Virus record (IMG/VR): IMGVR_UViG_3300031841_002694
Location: 1-40,716 of that record
Length of the DNA stretch: 40,716 nucleotides
Direction: 5' to 3' (one strand)
Source: a virus
Lineage: Duplodnaviria > Caudoviricetes
The position numbers and the translations under genes are program-made. The notes under the pieces were generated by a model. That model did not search any database. It saw only the letters and a list, made by a program, of their open reading frames with translations, and was not told the origin of the DNA. The number at the start of each line of letters is the position of its first letter. The stretch's first letter is position 1. This document shows, piece after piece, positions 9,765 to 18,064 of this stretch.

Positions 9765-10982
9765 ATGAGTGGTTTTTACGAAACGATAAGTACCAACACT
9801 GTAGTAGAGGCGGCAGAAGCCGATGCCCTAGCATCTAAGAATGCGGCTTCAGTATCTGAATCTAACGCGGCTACATCAGCGGCTAATGCGGCTACATCTG
9901 CTATTAATGCCGCCACGTCAGCAACCAATGCCGCAAATTCTGCTGGTTCTGTAACAGCGAGCGTTCAATCAGCGGCTAACGATGCGGCATCAGCACTTGC
10001 ATCAAAAAATGCGGCTGAGACAGCGAAAACAAATGCTGAAACAGCGGAAACAAATGCTGAAACAGCGGAAACAAATGCGGCATCGTCTGCAACGTCTGCG
10101 GCAACATCTGCCACCAATGCCGCGTCATCCGAATCTTCTGTTGCGGCAAACGCTTCTGCCGCATCCACTTCAGAGAGCAACGCGGCATCAAGTGCATCGT
10201 CTGCATCGACATCAGCGGCAACCGCGACAACTAAAGCGGCTGAAGCCGCTACATCTGCATCAAACGCTTCGACCTCAGAAACTAATGCGGCATCAAGCGC
10301 ATCATCAGCATCGGCATCGGAGACATCTGCACTTGCATCAAAAAATGCGGCATCTACATCAGAATCAAATGCGGCTACGTCAGAGGCAAATGCGGCTACG
10401 TCAGCAACAAATGCGGCTTCATCAGCCACAGCGTCATCAAACAGCGCATCATCAGCCACAACCGCTCAGTCAGCGGCAGAAGCGGCAAGAGATGCCGCAT
10501 TAGCGGCATTTGATTCGTTTGATGATCGGTATTTAGGTCAGAAAGCGTCAAACCCGTCTACCGACAATGATGGCAACCCACTTGTTGCAGGTACCTTGGT
10601 GTTCAACACCACGACAGATGAGATGAAAGTTTATGACGGTAGCGCGTGGTTAAACGCATACGCATCGCTATCAGGAGCATTAATAGCAACTAGTAACTTA
10701 TCTGATCTGAACAATGTCGGCACAGCCAGATCAAACTTGGGGTTAGGCACTGCCGCTACGACAGACGCAAGTGCATACGCCACCGCCGCTCAAGCTGATC
10801 AGACTGTCGCACTAACAGGCGCAGGGGCTACTAGCATATCTGGTACATACCCCAACTTCACGATCACCAGTACCGACACTGTTTATTCGTTACCATCTAA
10901 TGTTGGAACACAATCTGTTGTCACGACAGCACCAACAAGTGCGAGTGGCTTTGCTAACGGACACGTTTGGTATGTGGTCTAG
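9765..10982 (+). CDS. Tail fibre protein with Ala/Ser-rich coiled coil
   Basis: AATSATN heptads, FDDRYLG, NLSDL..ARSNLGLG fibre motifs. Confidence 0.8.
   Translation: MSGFYETISTNTVVEAAEADALASKNAASVSESNAATSAANAATSAINAATSATNAANSAGSVTASVQSAANDAASALASKNAAETAKTNAETAETNAETAETNAASSATSAATSATNAASSESSVAANASAASTSESNAASSASSASTSAATATTKAAEAATSASNASTSETNAASSASSASASETSALASKNAASTSESNAATSEANAATSATNAASSATASSNSASSATTAQSAAEAARDAALAAFDSFDDRYLGQKASNPSTDNDGNPLVAGTLVFNTTTDEMKVYDGSAWLNAYASLSGALIATSNLSDLNNVGTARSNLGLGTAATTDASAYATAAQADQTVALTGAGATSISGTYPNFTITSTDTVYSLPSNVGTQSVVTTAPTSASGFANGHVWYVV
10027..10078 (+). repeat. 21-bp in-frame tandem repeat (2.5 copies, one heptad each)
   Basis: AAACAAATGCTGAAACAGCGG x2 plus a partial copy. 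Confidence 0.9.
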
Positions 10983-10991
10983 GTCGCTATT

Positions 10992-12191
10992 GTGTCTATT
11001 AAGGTTAACGACAGCGGTACTTTAAAAGACCCAACCCAGATTTTTGTAAAAGGGGATCAGGGGACGCTTTACGGCGTTAACTATGTGGTCGCTAACAATA
11101 ACGGTACGTTAGCTACTGTCTGGAATGCCGTTTATAGCACTAGCCGCAATACCTCGACAGCGCACTCTACGACTACCTCTTTCAACACAACCACTACGTA
11201 CACAACCACGTTCGCCACAGGAACATCTCGCGCTACTACGACTAGCTACACCACCTCGTACAACACGAGTCGTGCTACAGGGACTTCGAGAGCCACTACG
11301 ACTTCGTACAACACAAGTCGCGGTACTTCTCGCGCTACAACTACGAGTTACACAACTTCCTACAACACTAGTCGAGCCACAGGCACTTCGAGAAGCACCA
11401 CCACCAGTTGGACTACGACTTACGGAACGTCACGTGGAACATCTCGCGGAACAGCCAAAACGACTAGTTGGACTACAAGTTGGACTACTTATTGGAGTAG
11501 CACCACAAGGCAACCGTCTTCAGGTGAATACTATGGCGGTGCGCCCCCGCTTTACTCAGGCACTTACTATTACTGGGTTGTCGGCGGCAATTGCTATTGG
11601 GCGGGTAGCCACGTTTTCACATCTGGTTCTTCAAACACCTCTCAGACAGCAGGAGGATGGACTTATTACCGTGGTTCGCACAGGTACACGTACTACGGGG
11701 CTTATCACGGCATTTATAGAACCACAAGCTCCTCTCATTCACGTGGCACATCTCGCGGCACAAGCCGTAGCACTACTAAGACGACTAGTTGGACAACGTA
11801 CTTTAATACGTCACGCGGAACTTCTAGATCGACTACTACTTCGTTTAACACGACAACTACTTTTGGAACATCTCGCGGCACTTCTAAAAGCACCACCACC
11901 AGTTGGACAACAACATACGGTACAAGTCGAAGCACAACGACATCGTTCAACACTACAACTACGTTTGGAACATCGCATGGAACAAGCCACAGCACGACTA
12001 CAGCGTTTAACACCAACACTACGCGCTCCACTAGCCATGCAACAGGCACTAGTCGGGCGACAACGACAAGTCAAGACACTGTAACAGTCGTATACGAGAG
12101 GCTGACCGCAACTGGAAATCAAACCGAAGTTACCAGTGGAAGCGCACATAACGGTCGATATTGGGATGGGTCGCAATGGACGGAAGATTAA
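10992..12191 (+). CDS. Thr/Ser-rich fibre-tip protein with mirror-complementary arms and a central aromatic knob
   Basis: 399 aa; TSR/TTTSF repeats at residues ~50-168 and 251-361 flank a Tyr/Trp/Gly-rich domain; follows the fibre gene. Confidence 0.75.
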   Translation: MSIKVNDSGTLKDPTQIFVKGDQGTLYGVNYVVANNNGTLATVWNAVYSTSRNTSTAHSTTTSFNTTTTYTTTFATGTSRATTTSYTTSYNTSRATGTSRATTTSYNTSRGTSRATTTSYTTSYNTSRATGTSRSTTTSWTTTYGTSRGTSRGTAKTTSWTTSWTTYWSSTTRQPSSGEYYGGAPPLYSGTYYYWVVGGNCYWAGSHVFTSGSSNTSQTAGGWTYYRGSHRYTYYGAYHGIYRTTSSSHSRGTSRGTSRSTTKTTSWTTYFNTSRGTSRSTTTSFNTTTTFGTSRGTSKSTTTSWTTTYGTSRSTTTSFNTTTTFGTSHGTSHSTTTAFNTNTTRSTSHATGTSRATTTSQDTVTVVYERLTATGNQTEVTSGSAHNGRYWDGSQWTED

Positions 12192-12331
12192 TGAGCCAAC
12201 AAGCCATGAACGAAAAACTTGAAAATGCTCTAGAAATTATTATGGAGCATTTTAGTGAAACCGAAGATCGAATAGCTGACCTTGAAGACGAGGTTTTGAG
12301 GCTACGAGATGAGCTTGAAGAAACTCGCTGA
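12191..12331 (+). CDS. 46-aa acidic coiled-coil protein (absent from the ORF track)
   Basis: MSQQAMNEKLENALEIIMEHFSETEDRIADLEDEVLRLRDELEETR; TAATG coupling to the upstream gene. Confidence 0.7.
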   Translation: MSQQAMNEKLENALEIIMEHFSETEDRIADLEDEVLRLRDELEETR

Positions 12332-13211
12332 CAATGACGAGCTAGGTAACTCCGTTGCCCATTTTTTCAAATCTGGAAACGTGTTGCGGAGTAAGGCTAA
12401 CGACAAGCTATCGGAGCTTAAATTTCTTTTGCCAGAGAAAGGGCTTAACGGAACGAAAATTGAGTATGACGTTTGGTATGACTTTTCAAGCGACAAACGA
12501 ATTCACGGATATGTGTATACAGATGTCCTAACGCAGTTTTTATATCTGCGAGTGGCAAGCAGTGTGTGGGCGACAAAAGCGATGCTCAAAGCCGCTAACA
12601 CTAGCGTCACAGAAGAAGGTGAACAGATTTTCGCTGAAATGGCGAAAAACAGTAGAGATAAGTACCGCCTTAGAAAAAAAGATTCTACGCACGAATACGT
12701 CATCTTTCTGGCAGGGACTAACATTTTAAATAAGGTTACTGATTGGGAAAAAGTGAATAAGGCGGTTGAACAGGGTGCAAAACTAAAATGTCACCCCCTC
12801 ACAGCCGCACCTGCATATCAGCATCTAGTACATAAATACGGTGACGCTGTGCTTGAAAAGAAAGCGTCAGGGCATGAGCTTTTAAACAATGCATCGATAG
12901 TTGGCTGTTGCGATAACAGTGAAATGGGTATGGCCGCACTTGCGAAAGGTAAAACGGTGCATAGGTTTGGGAAAGACTCTGAGTGGTGTACCTACAGCGC
13001 GATTTACAGGGCGTTATTGGATAAAGGCGGGTTAAGCCAAGAAAAGCTGAAAGCAATTTTGTCTTGCAAGGATTCAGGACTTATACCTGCAAGCATTGAC
13101 AATCCCCATGAACGGATTGATCGATTTTTTTTGCAGTACCGTGGGGAGGAACACGTTGCGCCTAAAAATTTTAGTGGTCGAGTGCAACAAGCTAACCGCG
13201 TTAACGGTTAA
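12309..13211 (+). CDS. KpsC/KpsS (Capsule_synth)-like glycosyltransferase
   Basis: KCHP motif followed by ELL..A.IV...NSEMGMAALAKGKTV..FG pattern. Confidence 0.6.
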   Translation: MSLKKLADNDELGNSVAHFFKSGNVLRSKANDKLSELKFLLPEKGLNGTKIEYDVWYDFSSDKRIHGYVYTDVLTQFLYLRVASSVWATKAMLKAANTSVTEEGEQIFAEMAKNSRDKYRLRKKDSTHEYVIFLAGTNILNKVTDWEKVNKAVEQGAKLKCHPLTAAPAYQHLVHKYGDAVLEKKASGHELLNNASIVGCCDNSEMGMAALAKGKTVHRFGKDSEWCTYSAIYRALLDKGGLSQEKLKAILSCKDSGLIPASIDNPHERIDRFFLQYRGEEHVAPKNFSGRVQQANRVNG

Positions 13212-13863
13212 CAGTATTCGTCACAACATGCCCGATTGGGAGTATGAAGTTGTTCCGTATCAGAATGGTTTCATACAAACGGCACTGCTGAACAGTGAGG
13301 ATCTTTGCTTAGTAGTAAAGAGCGGCATCATCTTGGACATAAAAGATGGTGATCTTCCTGACCGATCAAAGCTTGAGCAGTACGACATATGTGTAAGTCG
13401 TGATGGGGTGTTTACAGACAGCCCCACCAGTAGACATATATATGGATTAATCGGTTGTCCTTTAAATGAAAAGGCTATGGATTTATCGATCTTTTGTATA
13501 AATCCGAAACGATGGGTGCGGATACCTGACTCAGACACAGGGGTTCTGTCACGGGTAAAGCGGCTACGAATGCCACGCCACATGAACCACAAATGTGACC
13601 CTATTGTCGCTAAAGCTATAAGTGCGAGGGAGGCTATTAATTACGGAATGCTTGCAGAAAAAGCCTCTGCACTAAATTACATCCCTGTGTTTGAGCGGGG
13701 GAAGGTAAACGGTAATGAGATGTTTGCCTACGCGCTTGAGAAGGCTATTCCGTTCTTAGACGGTTTACCATCGGAGGAGATGAGCACAGTAGAGGCTATA
13801 GGGCGCAGAACTGAAAAGAACGTATCTAAATTAAGAGTTAGATTAGCAAACATATTTTTATAG
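13156..13863 (+). CDS. Divergent GT-A fold (GT8-like) glycosyltransferase-like protein
   Basis: TTG after GGAGG; TVNSIRHNMP, DLSIFCINPKRW and MPRHMN patterns; no canonical DxD. Confidence 0.45.
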   Translation: MRLKILVVECNKLTALTVNSIRHNMPDWEYEVVPYQNGFIQTALLNSEDLCLVVKSGIILDIKDGDLPDRSKLEQYDICVSRDGVFTDSPTSRHIYGLIGCPLNEKAMDLSIFCINPKRWVRIPDSDTGVLSRVKRLRMPRHMNHKCDPIVAKAISAREAINYGMLAEKASALNYIPVFERGKVNGNEMFAYALEKAIPFLDGLPSEEMSTVEAIGRRTEKNVSKLRVRLANIFL

Positions 13864-13873
13864 GAGAACACCA

Positions 13874-14236
13874 ATGCACATTGATTACACAGCCAGTATT
13901 GATCAAACAAAAGTTATCCCTGAACAGGGGGGCTTTGAAAATATAGTCAAAAAAGTCATTTGGGAAATAACTTTTTTCGACACAGAAAACCCTGAATCCG
14001 TCCAGAGTGTTGCGCGGGTCGAAACATTTTTAGACACCGATTCGATAAATGCTGATACTTTCGTTCAGTGGGAGTCGCTTACTCAACAAAGCGTATTGCA
14101 GAAGTGCCTAGACAGTCATGGCGGCACTGCATTTTTGGACGAGCTTTTAAACAACGGCCATCACCAGATGTTGGAACAAAAGCTGACGGAGCTGTCTTTG
14201 GTTGAAAAAAGCGCGGATTTGCTTGCCGTAGAATGA
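13874..14236 (+). CDS. Tail-region accessory protein (possible fibre chaperone)
   Basis: AGGAG RBS; NIVKKVIW...FVQWESLT pattern seen next to phage fibre genes. Confidence 0.6.
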   Translation: MHIDYTASIDQTKVIPEQGGFENIVKKVIWEITFFDTENPESVQSVARVETFLDTDSINADTFVQWESLTQQSVLQKCLDSHGGTAFLDELLNNGHHQMLEQKLTELSLVEKSADLLAVE

Positions 14237-14820
14237 AAATAACGGCCAAGACAAAAGCGGATAAGCATTTTTACCCGCCAAACCCGTTGGAGGGGCGGGA
14301 TATCCCAAAGTGGGGCTCTGTTTATGATTTTATGAGGTGGTGGCATGACGAGGGCTGTCCAATGATGCCGCCAGATAACGTCATAACCTGTACTGACGAT
14401 GCGACTTCTATCTCATTGTTTAGGTGTGGGCAGTTCCAAGTCGAACTGTACTTAATTCACCCTAGTCCTAACTTGCCTATCCATGAGCACCCAGATGTAG
14501 AGGTCATAAAACTGAGATTGGACAGCTACCAATTTGCTGATGGACAGTTTCGCAATCTAACTGATTGCTCTAGCTCAAAGACACTTTTGCAGGGAGAAAG
14601 CCACGGGGCAGGGATAAATTTTAAAGAGCAAGAAAACGGTATGCCAACGGGGTTTTCCTTGTTGGCGTTCCAGAAATGGAAAGACGGTTTGAAAGTTACC
14701 ACTGTGGCTTCACGTTGGAAGGGCAAAACTGTCGGTGGAAAACAAGAGAAATTGATTAAAAAACTAGTGCCTACAGCGATTGTGCGCGAAGGGTACGCAG
14801 ACACAACAGGAGCGCCATGA
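14233..14820 (+). CDS. Cupin-fold protein (putative dioxygenase/isomerase)
   Basis: FQVELY...PIHEHPDVE...HG metal-binding pattern. Confidence 0.65.
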   Translation: MKITAKTKADKHFYPPNPLEGRDIPKWGSVYDFMRWWHDEGCPMMPPDNVITCTDDATSISLFRCGQFQVELYLIHPSPNLPIHEHPDVEVIKLRLDSYQFADGQFRNLTDCSSSKTLLQGESHGAGINFKEQENGMPTGFSLLAFQKWKDGLKVTTVASRWKGKTVGGKQEKLIKKLVPTAIVREGYADTTGAP

Positions 14821-15542
14821 TGTTTTTAAGTCGTAAACACAAACTGATATTTATCTCGATCCCACGGACGGGATCAAACGCTGTGCATCACGCACTGATA
14901 AATTCTGATTTAAGGTCTGAGGATGACATAATTCATACACTGTTTAACCCCTCAGTAGATGTGTTCTTCACGCCTAGTCAGTCAAAAATAACCAAGTTTC
15001 ATATGACCCCCCAACAGATAGTTGATTCGGGCTTGATCACCAAAGATGAACTTAGCGAATATAAAATGTTCGCTTTCATACGCGAACCCAAAAGACGTTG
15101 GTTGTCAGCGTTCTTTATGGGCATTGGTCACTTTGCACAGTTCGGAGTTGAAACTTTAGAACAAATGACCAGAGTGATAAGAAATGACGATCTTTGGTCT
15201 AGGTACTTCGGCACTGGAGAACCCACAAGCAAGCCGTTTTCTGGTGAGAGATACGGTTTTGAAGACTTCCTATACAAAAACTACCTTTTCGTAGATGGCG
15301 AGAAAGTTGTTGAGACATACCGTTATGAGAACATGGCTGAAATCCTACACGCGCTGATAGCGGATAAAACAGGGGTTACGTCTGACGTACAGCTTCAGCA
15401 CGTACAGATGCACTCGCGTGGAGTCCCTGAAGCCTTTGAAAATCCAATGTCTGATTGGATGCCAAGCGATTGCCTAGCTAAGTTAGAAACCTACTTGGAG
15501 CAAGACAGGTCGTTCTATGATGAGGCACGTCTGAGCTATTGA
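14817..15542 (+). CDS. Sulfotransferase (Sulfotransfer_2-like)
   Basis: 5'-PSB-like FISIPRTGS and 3'-PB-like FIREP.RR.LS motifs. Confidence 0.8.
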   Translation: MMFLSRKHKLIFISIPRTGSNAVHHALINSDLRSEDDIIHTLFNPSVDVFFTPSQSKITKFHMTPQQIVDSGLITKDELSEYKMFAFIREPKRRWLSAFFMGIGHFAQFGVETLEQMTRVIRNDDLWSRYFGTGEPTSKPFSGERYGFEDFLYKNYLFVDGEKVVETYRYENMAEILHALIADKTGVTSDVQLQHVQMHSRGVPEAFENPMSDWMPSDCLAKLETYLEQDRSFYDEARLSY

Positions 15543-15605
15543 GTCAGCGGATTTTTTGGGTATAAATACAACTTACGGTAGAATATACGTCCATGAGGTG
15601 TATTC

Positions 15606-16013
15606 ATGGATAGTACACAGATTGGACAGGCAGGTGAGTATCTAGCCGCCGCAGTGCTACAACGTCATTTCCAGACGATAGCTTTTCCCGACAGACCCTC
15701 CGCATACGACTTACTTGTCGAAACTCACAGCAACAGTTTTCTCCGATGCCAAGTTAAGACCAGTGACTCGTTGAACACTGTAAGCGGTAATCACTATTAC
15801 CGATTCCATACACGGAGCAGATCAGGCGCATACACAAACAAAGAATGTGACTTTTTCGCATTTGTTGTTTTACCAACCAGAACGGTTGTCTTTGCAAAGC
15901 CTGAAGATATTACAAGCGCGGTTTTTCGGGTAAAGCAAGACGCATCGACACTAGATACCGAAAACCAAACTTTGCTTACAACATTAGGTGAGTGGCTTTA
16001 TGAGCGACTTTAA
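15606..16013 (+). CDS. PD-(D/E)XK endonuclease (PDDEXK_5 / homing-like)
   Basis: G.AGE, YDLLV, QVKT, CDFFAFV motifs; GAGGTG RBS. Confidence 0.75.
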   Translation: MDSTQIGQAGEYLAAAVLQRHFQTIAFPDRPSAYDLLVETHSNSFLRCQVKTSDSLNTVSGNHYYRFHTRSRSGAYTNKECDFFAFVVLPTRTVVFAKPEDITSAVFRVKQDASTLDTENQTLLTTLGEWLYERL

Positions 16014-16353
16014 ATATTTCAAGCGAGAAGACTTTGACTGCCAAGAAACAGGCGAAAACCGTATGGAAGACGAGTTTATTTACAAACTTGATCACCTACG
16101 AACCGTGTGTGGTTGGCCTTTCATTGTCACCAGTGGGTACAGGAGTCCAAGCCACAGTTTGGAGATAAAGAAAGCTTCTGGTGGAGGTAGTCACACGAAA
16201 GGAATTGCCGCTGACATCAAGGTGACAAATGGGAAGCAAAGACACGAAATTGTAAAACACGCAATGGCACTTGGCTTCAGTGGCGTAGGAATCGCTAAGA
16301 CCTTTGTTCACGTTGATATACGAGAGGACACACCTGTCGTATGGACTTATTAA
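16000..16353 (+). CDS. Endolysin, peptidase M15A
   Basis: VTSGYRSP.H, SH.KG.AADI, FVHVD motifs. Confidence 0.9.
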   Translation: MSDFKYFKREDFDCQETGENRMEDEFIYKLDHLRTVCGWPFIVTSGYRSPSHSLEIKKASGGGSHTKGIAADIKVTNGKQRHEIVKHAMALGFSGVGIAKTFVHVDIREDTPVVWTY

Positions 16354-16364
16354 TAGGAAACAAA

Positions 16365-16532
16365 ATGACAGAAGAAGCTAAACAAGCGGTAGATGTTGTT
16401 GCCGCAAGCACTGCAATCGGTTCATTGGTTGCTTGGCTACCACCACTCGCTTCGCTCTTCACCTGCATATGGATGGCGATAAGAATTTATGAGTCAGAAA
16501 CCATTCAGAAGCTGTTAGGTAAATCTGAATGA
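16365..16532 (+). CDS. Small membrane protein, putative holin
   Basis: Hydrophobic helix, IRIYES motif, adjacent to the endolysin. Confidence 0.65.
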   Translation: MTEEAKQAVDVVAASTAIGSLVAWLPPLASLFTCIWMAIRIYESETIQKLLGKSE

Positions 16533-16912
16533 ATATCTTGGGGTCTTTAATTGCTCCGGTTACTGGTCTTTTAGATAAGTTCATTGAGGATAAAGATCAG
16601 AAAAACGCTTTGGCGCATGAAATTGCGACATTGGCGCAGAAACAGGCGCATGAAAGTGCATTGGCACAGCTAGAAGTCAACAAAGTTGAGGCGGCACACA
16701 AGAGTCTTTTTGTTTCTGGATGGCGGCCTGCGGTCGGTTGGTCATGCTGTTTCGCCTTAGTCTATTCCACGATTCTTGCGCCAATACTTGGCATCTGGTT
16801 CACCGTCCCTCCAGTAGATAGTTCTTTGCTAACAACTGTTCTTATGGGAATGCTTGGGCTTGGCGCGATGCGTAGCGCAGAGAAGGTCAAAGGCGTTCAG
16901 CGCGATAGATAA
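16529..16912 (+). CDS. Holin of 3TMs (GTA-type)
   Basis: FVSGWRPAVGW and GMLGLGAMRS.EK motifs. Confidence 0.85.
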   Translation: MNILGSLIAPVTGLLDKFIEDKDQKNALAHEIATLAQKQAHESALAQLEVNKVEAAHKSLFVSGWRPAVGWSCCFALVYSTILAPILGIWFTVPPVDSSLLTTVLMGMLGLGAMRSAEKVKGVQRDR

Positions 16913-16930
16913 TTTATAGGATAAATACGA

Positions 16931-17614
16931 ATGGCATTAGAAACTTCAACGTACATTAACGGCTTAGTCGCTACGAATCCAACTTCTACAGACAATGTAG
17001 GCGATGGAGATAACCACATTCGTTTGCTGAAAAGCACTATTAAGGCAACATTTCCAAACATCTCTGGCGCACTCACAGCTAGTCACACCGCGATTGATGG
17101 GTCTGTAAGCACGGTAAATGCGGCAACAAACGCGAACACGGCATCTACGCTTGTTAAGCGAGATGGCAGTGGAAACTTTTCAGCAGGAACTATAACAGCC
17201 GCACTAACCGGAAATGTGACGGGCAACGTAACAGGTGACGTAACGGGGAACGTCACAGGTAATTTGACAGGTGATGTCACAGGTAACGTGACAGGTAATG
17301 TTACAGGTTCGTCAGGTAGCTCAACTGGTAACGCGGCTACCGCTTCAAAATGGGCGAACGCTAGAACAATTACATTAAGTGGTGACGCTACAGGTAGCGT
17401 AAGCATTGACGGTAGTGCGAATAGAACACTCTCTGTATCTATTGATGACGATTCTCACAACCACATTATAGGTAACGTGGACGGTTTGCAGACCGCGCTA
17501 AACGGTAAGTTGGGATCTACATCGACAGCCGCAAATTCCACAAAGTGGGGCAACTATAACGTATCAACAAGCGCGACAGGGGCAGACTCCAACACGATTT
17601 ACTTTAGGACATAG
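16931..17614 (+). CDS. Second tail fibre with G(N/D)VT repeats
   Basis: GDNHIRLLKS anchor, (GNVT)n shaft, ARTITLSGD and SHNH..V.GLQ.AL motifs. Confidence 0.8.
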   Translation: MALETSTYINGLVATNPTSTDNVGDGDNHIRLLKSTIKATFPNISGALTASHTAIDGSVSTVNAATNANTASTLVKRDGSGNFSAGTITAALTGNVTGNVTGDVTGNVTGNLTGDVTGNVTGNVTGSSGSSTGNAATASKWANARTITLSGDATGSVSIDGSANRTLSVSIDDDSHNHIIGNVDGLQTALNGKLGSTSTAANSTKWGNYNVSTSATGADSNTIYFRT

Positions 17615-17617
17615 ACA

Positions 17618-18064
17618 TTGGCTATCTATATCGGAGGTAATGAAATTACCGATATTAAAATCGGTAGCAGTGACATCAACAGTGTTTGGGTTGGCGGTAC
17701 TGAGGTGTGGAGTCGGAATCTAGGCCAATCGACTGTCACTGTTGGTCGGTACAATGACGGCTACGTTGAATACTATGGGTACAGTAATCTTGACTCCACG
17801 TTCGGCAGTATTTCGGGAAGCACCGCATCGTTCCTAAACAACGCAACTATCCAAGAGATTGCTTTCTCCTACGGTTACGTGACTTTCGTGGTGTCTGGCA
17901 CACAAAACAACAGTGGGTGGACAAACATGGATATAGCAGGGACTAACTTCAGTCGATCAAGCGCGTCATACGCCACCGCAAGTGGGAAGACATACTGGTC
18001 ATGGATTGATAACAACCCATTTGGAACGACTACTGGCGCAACCAAAACGGTGACATGGACATGA
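17618..18064 (+). CDS. Fibre-tip adhesin-like protein
   Basis: TTG start; N-terminal IYIG..I..IKIG...VWVG..EVW motif; aromatic beta-rich domain. Confidence 0.65.
   Translation: MAIYIGGNEITDIKIGSSDINSVWVGGTEVWSRNLGQSTVTVGRYNDGYVEYYGYSNLDSTFGSISGSTASFLNNATIQEIAFSYGYVTFVVSGTQNNSGWTNMDIAGTNFSRSSASYATASGKTYWSWIDNNPFGTTTGATKTVTWT

Noticed and set aside
9965-10503. Arg/Gln/His-rich and antisense ORFs in the fibre gene
   Set aside because: Shadows of the Ala/Ser repeats.
11125-12084. 319-aa alternative-frame ORF and antisense ORFs over the stalk gene
   Set aside because: Stop-free shadow frames produced by Thr/Ser codon bias.
10992-12191. Ice-binding TxT beta-solenoid or DGR target
   Set aside because: Spacing is irregular and mirrored rather than a fixed coil period; no reverse transcriptase or template repeat is seen.
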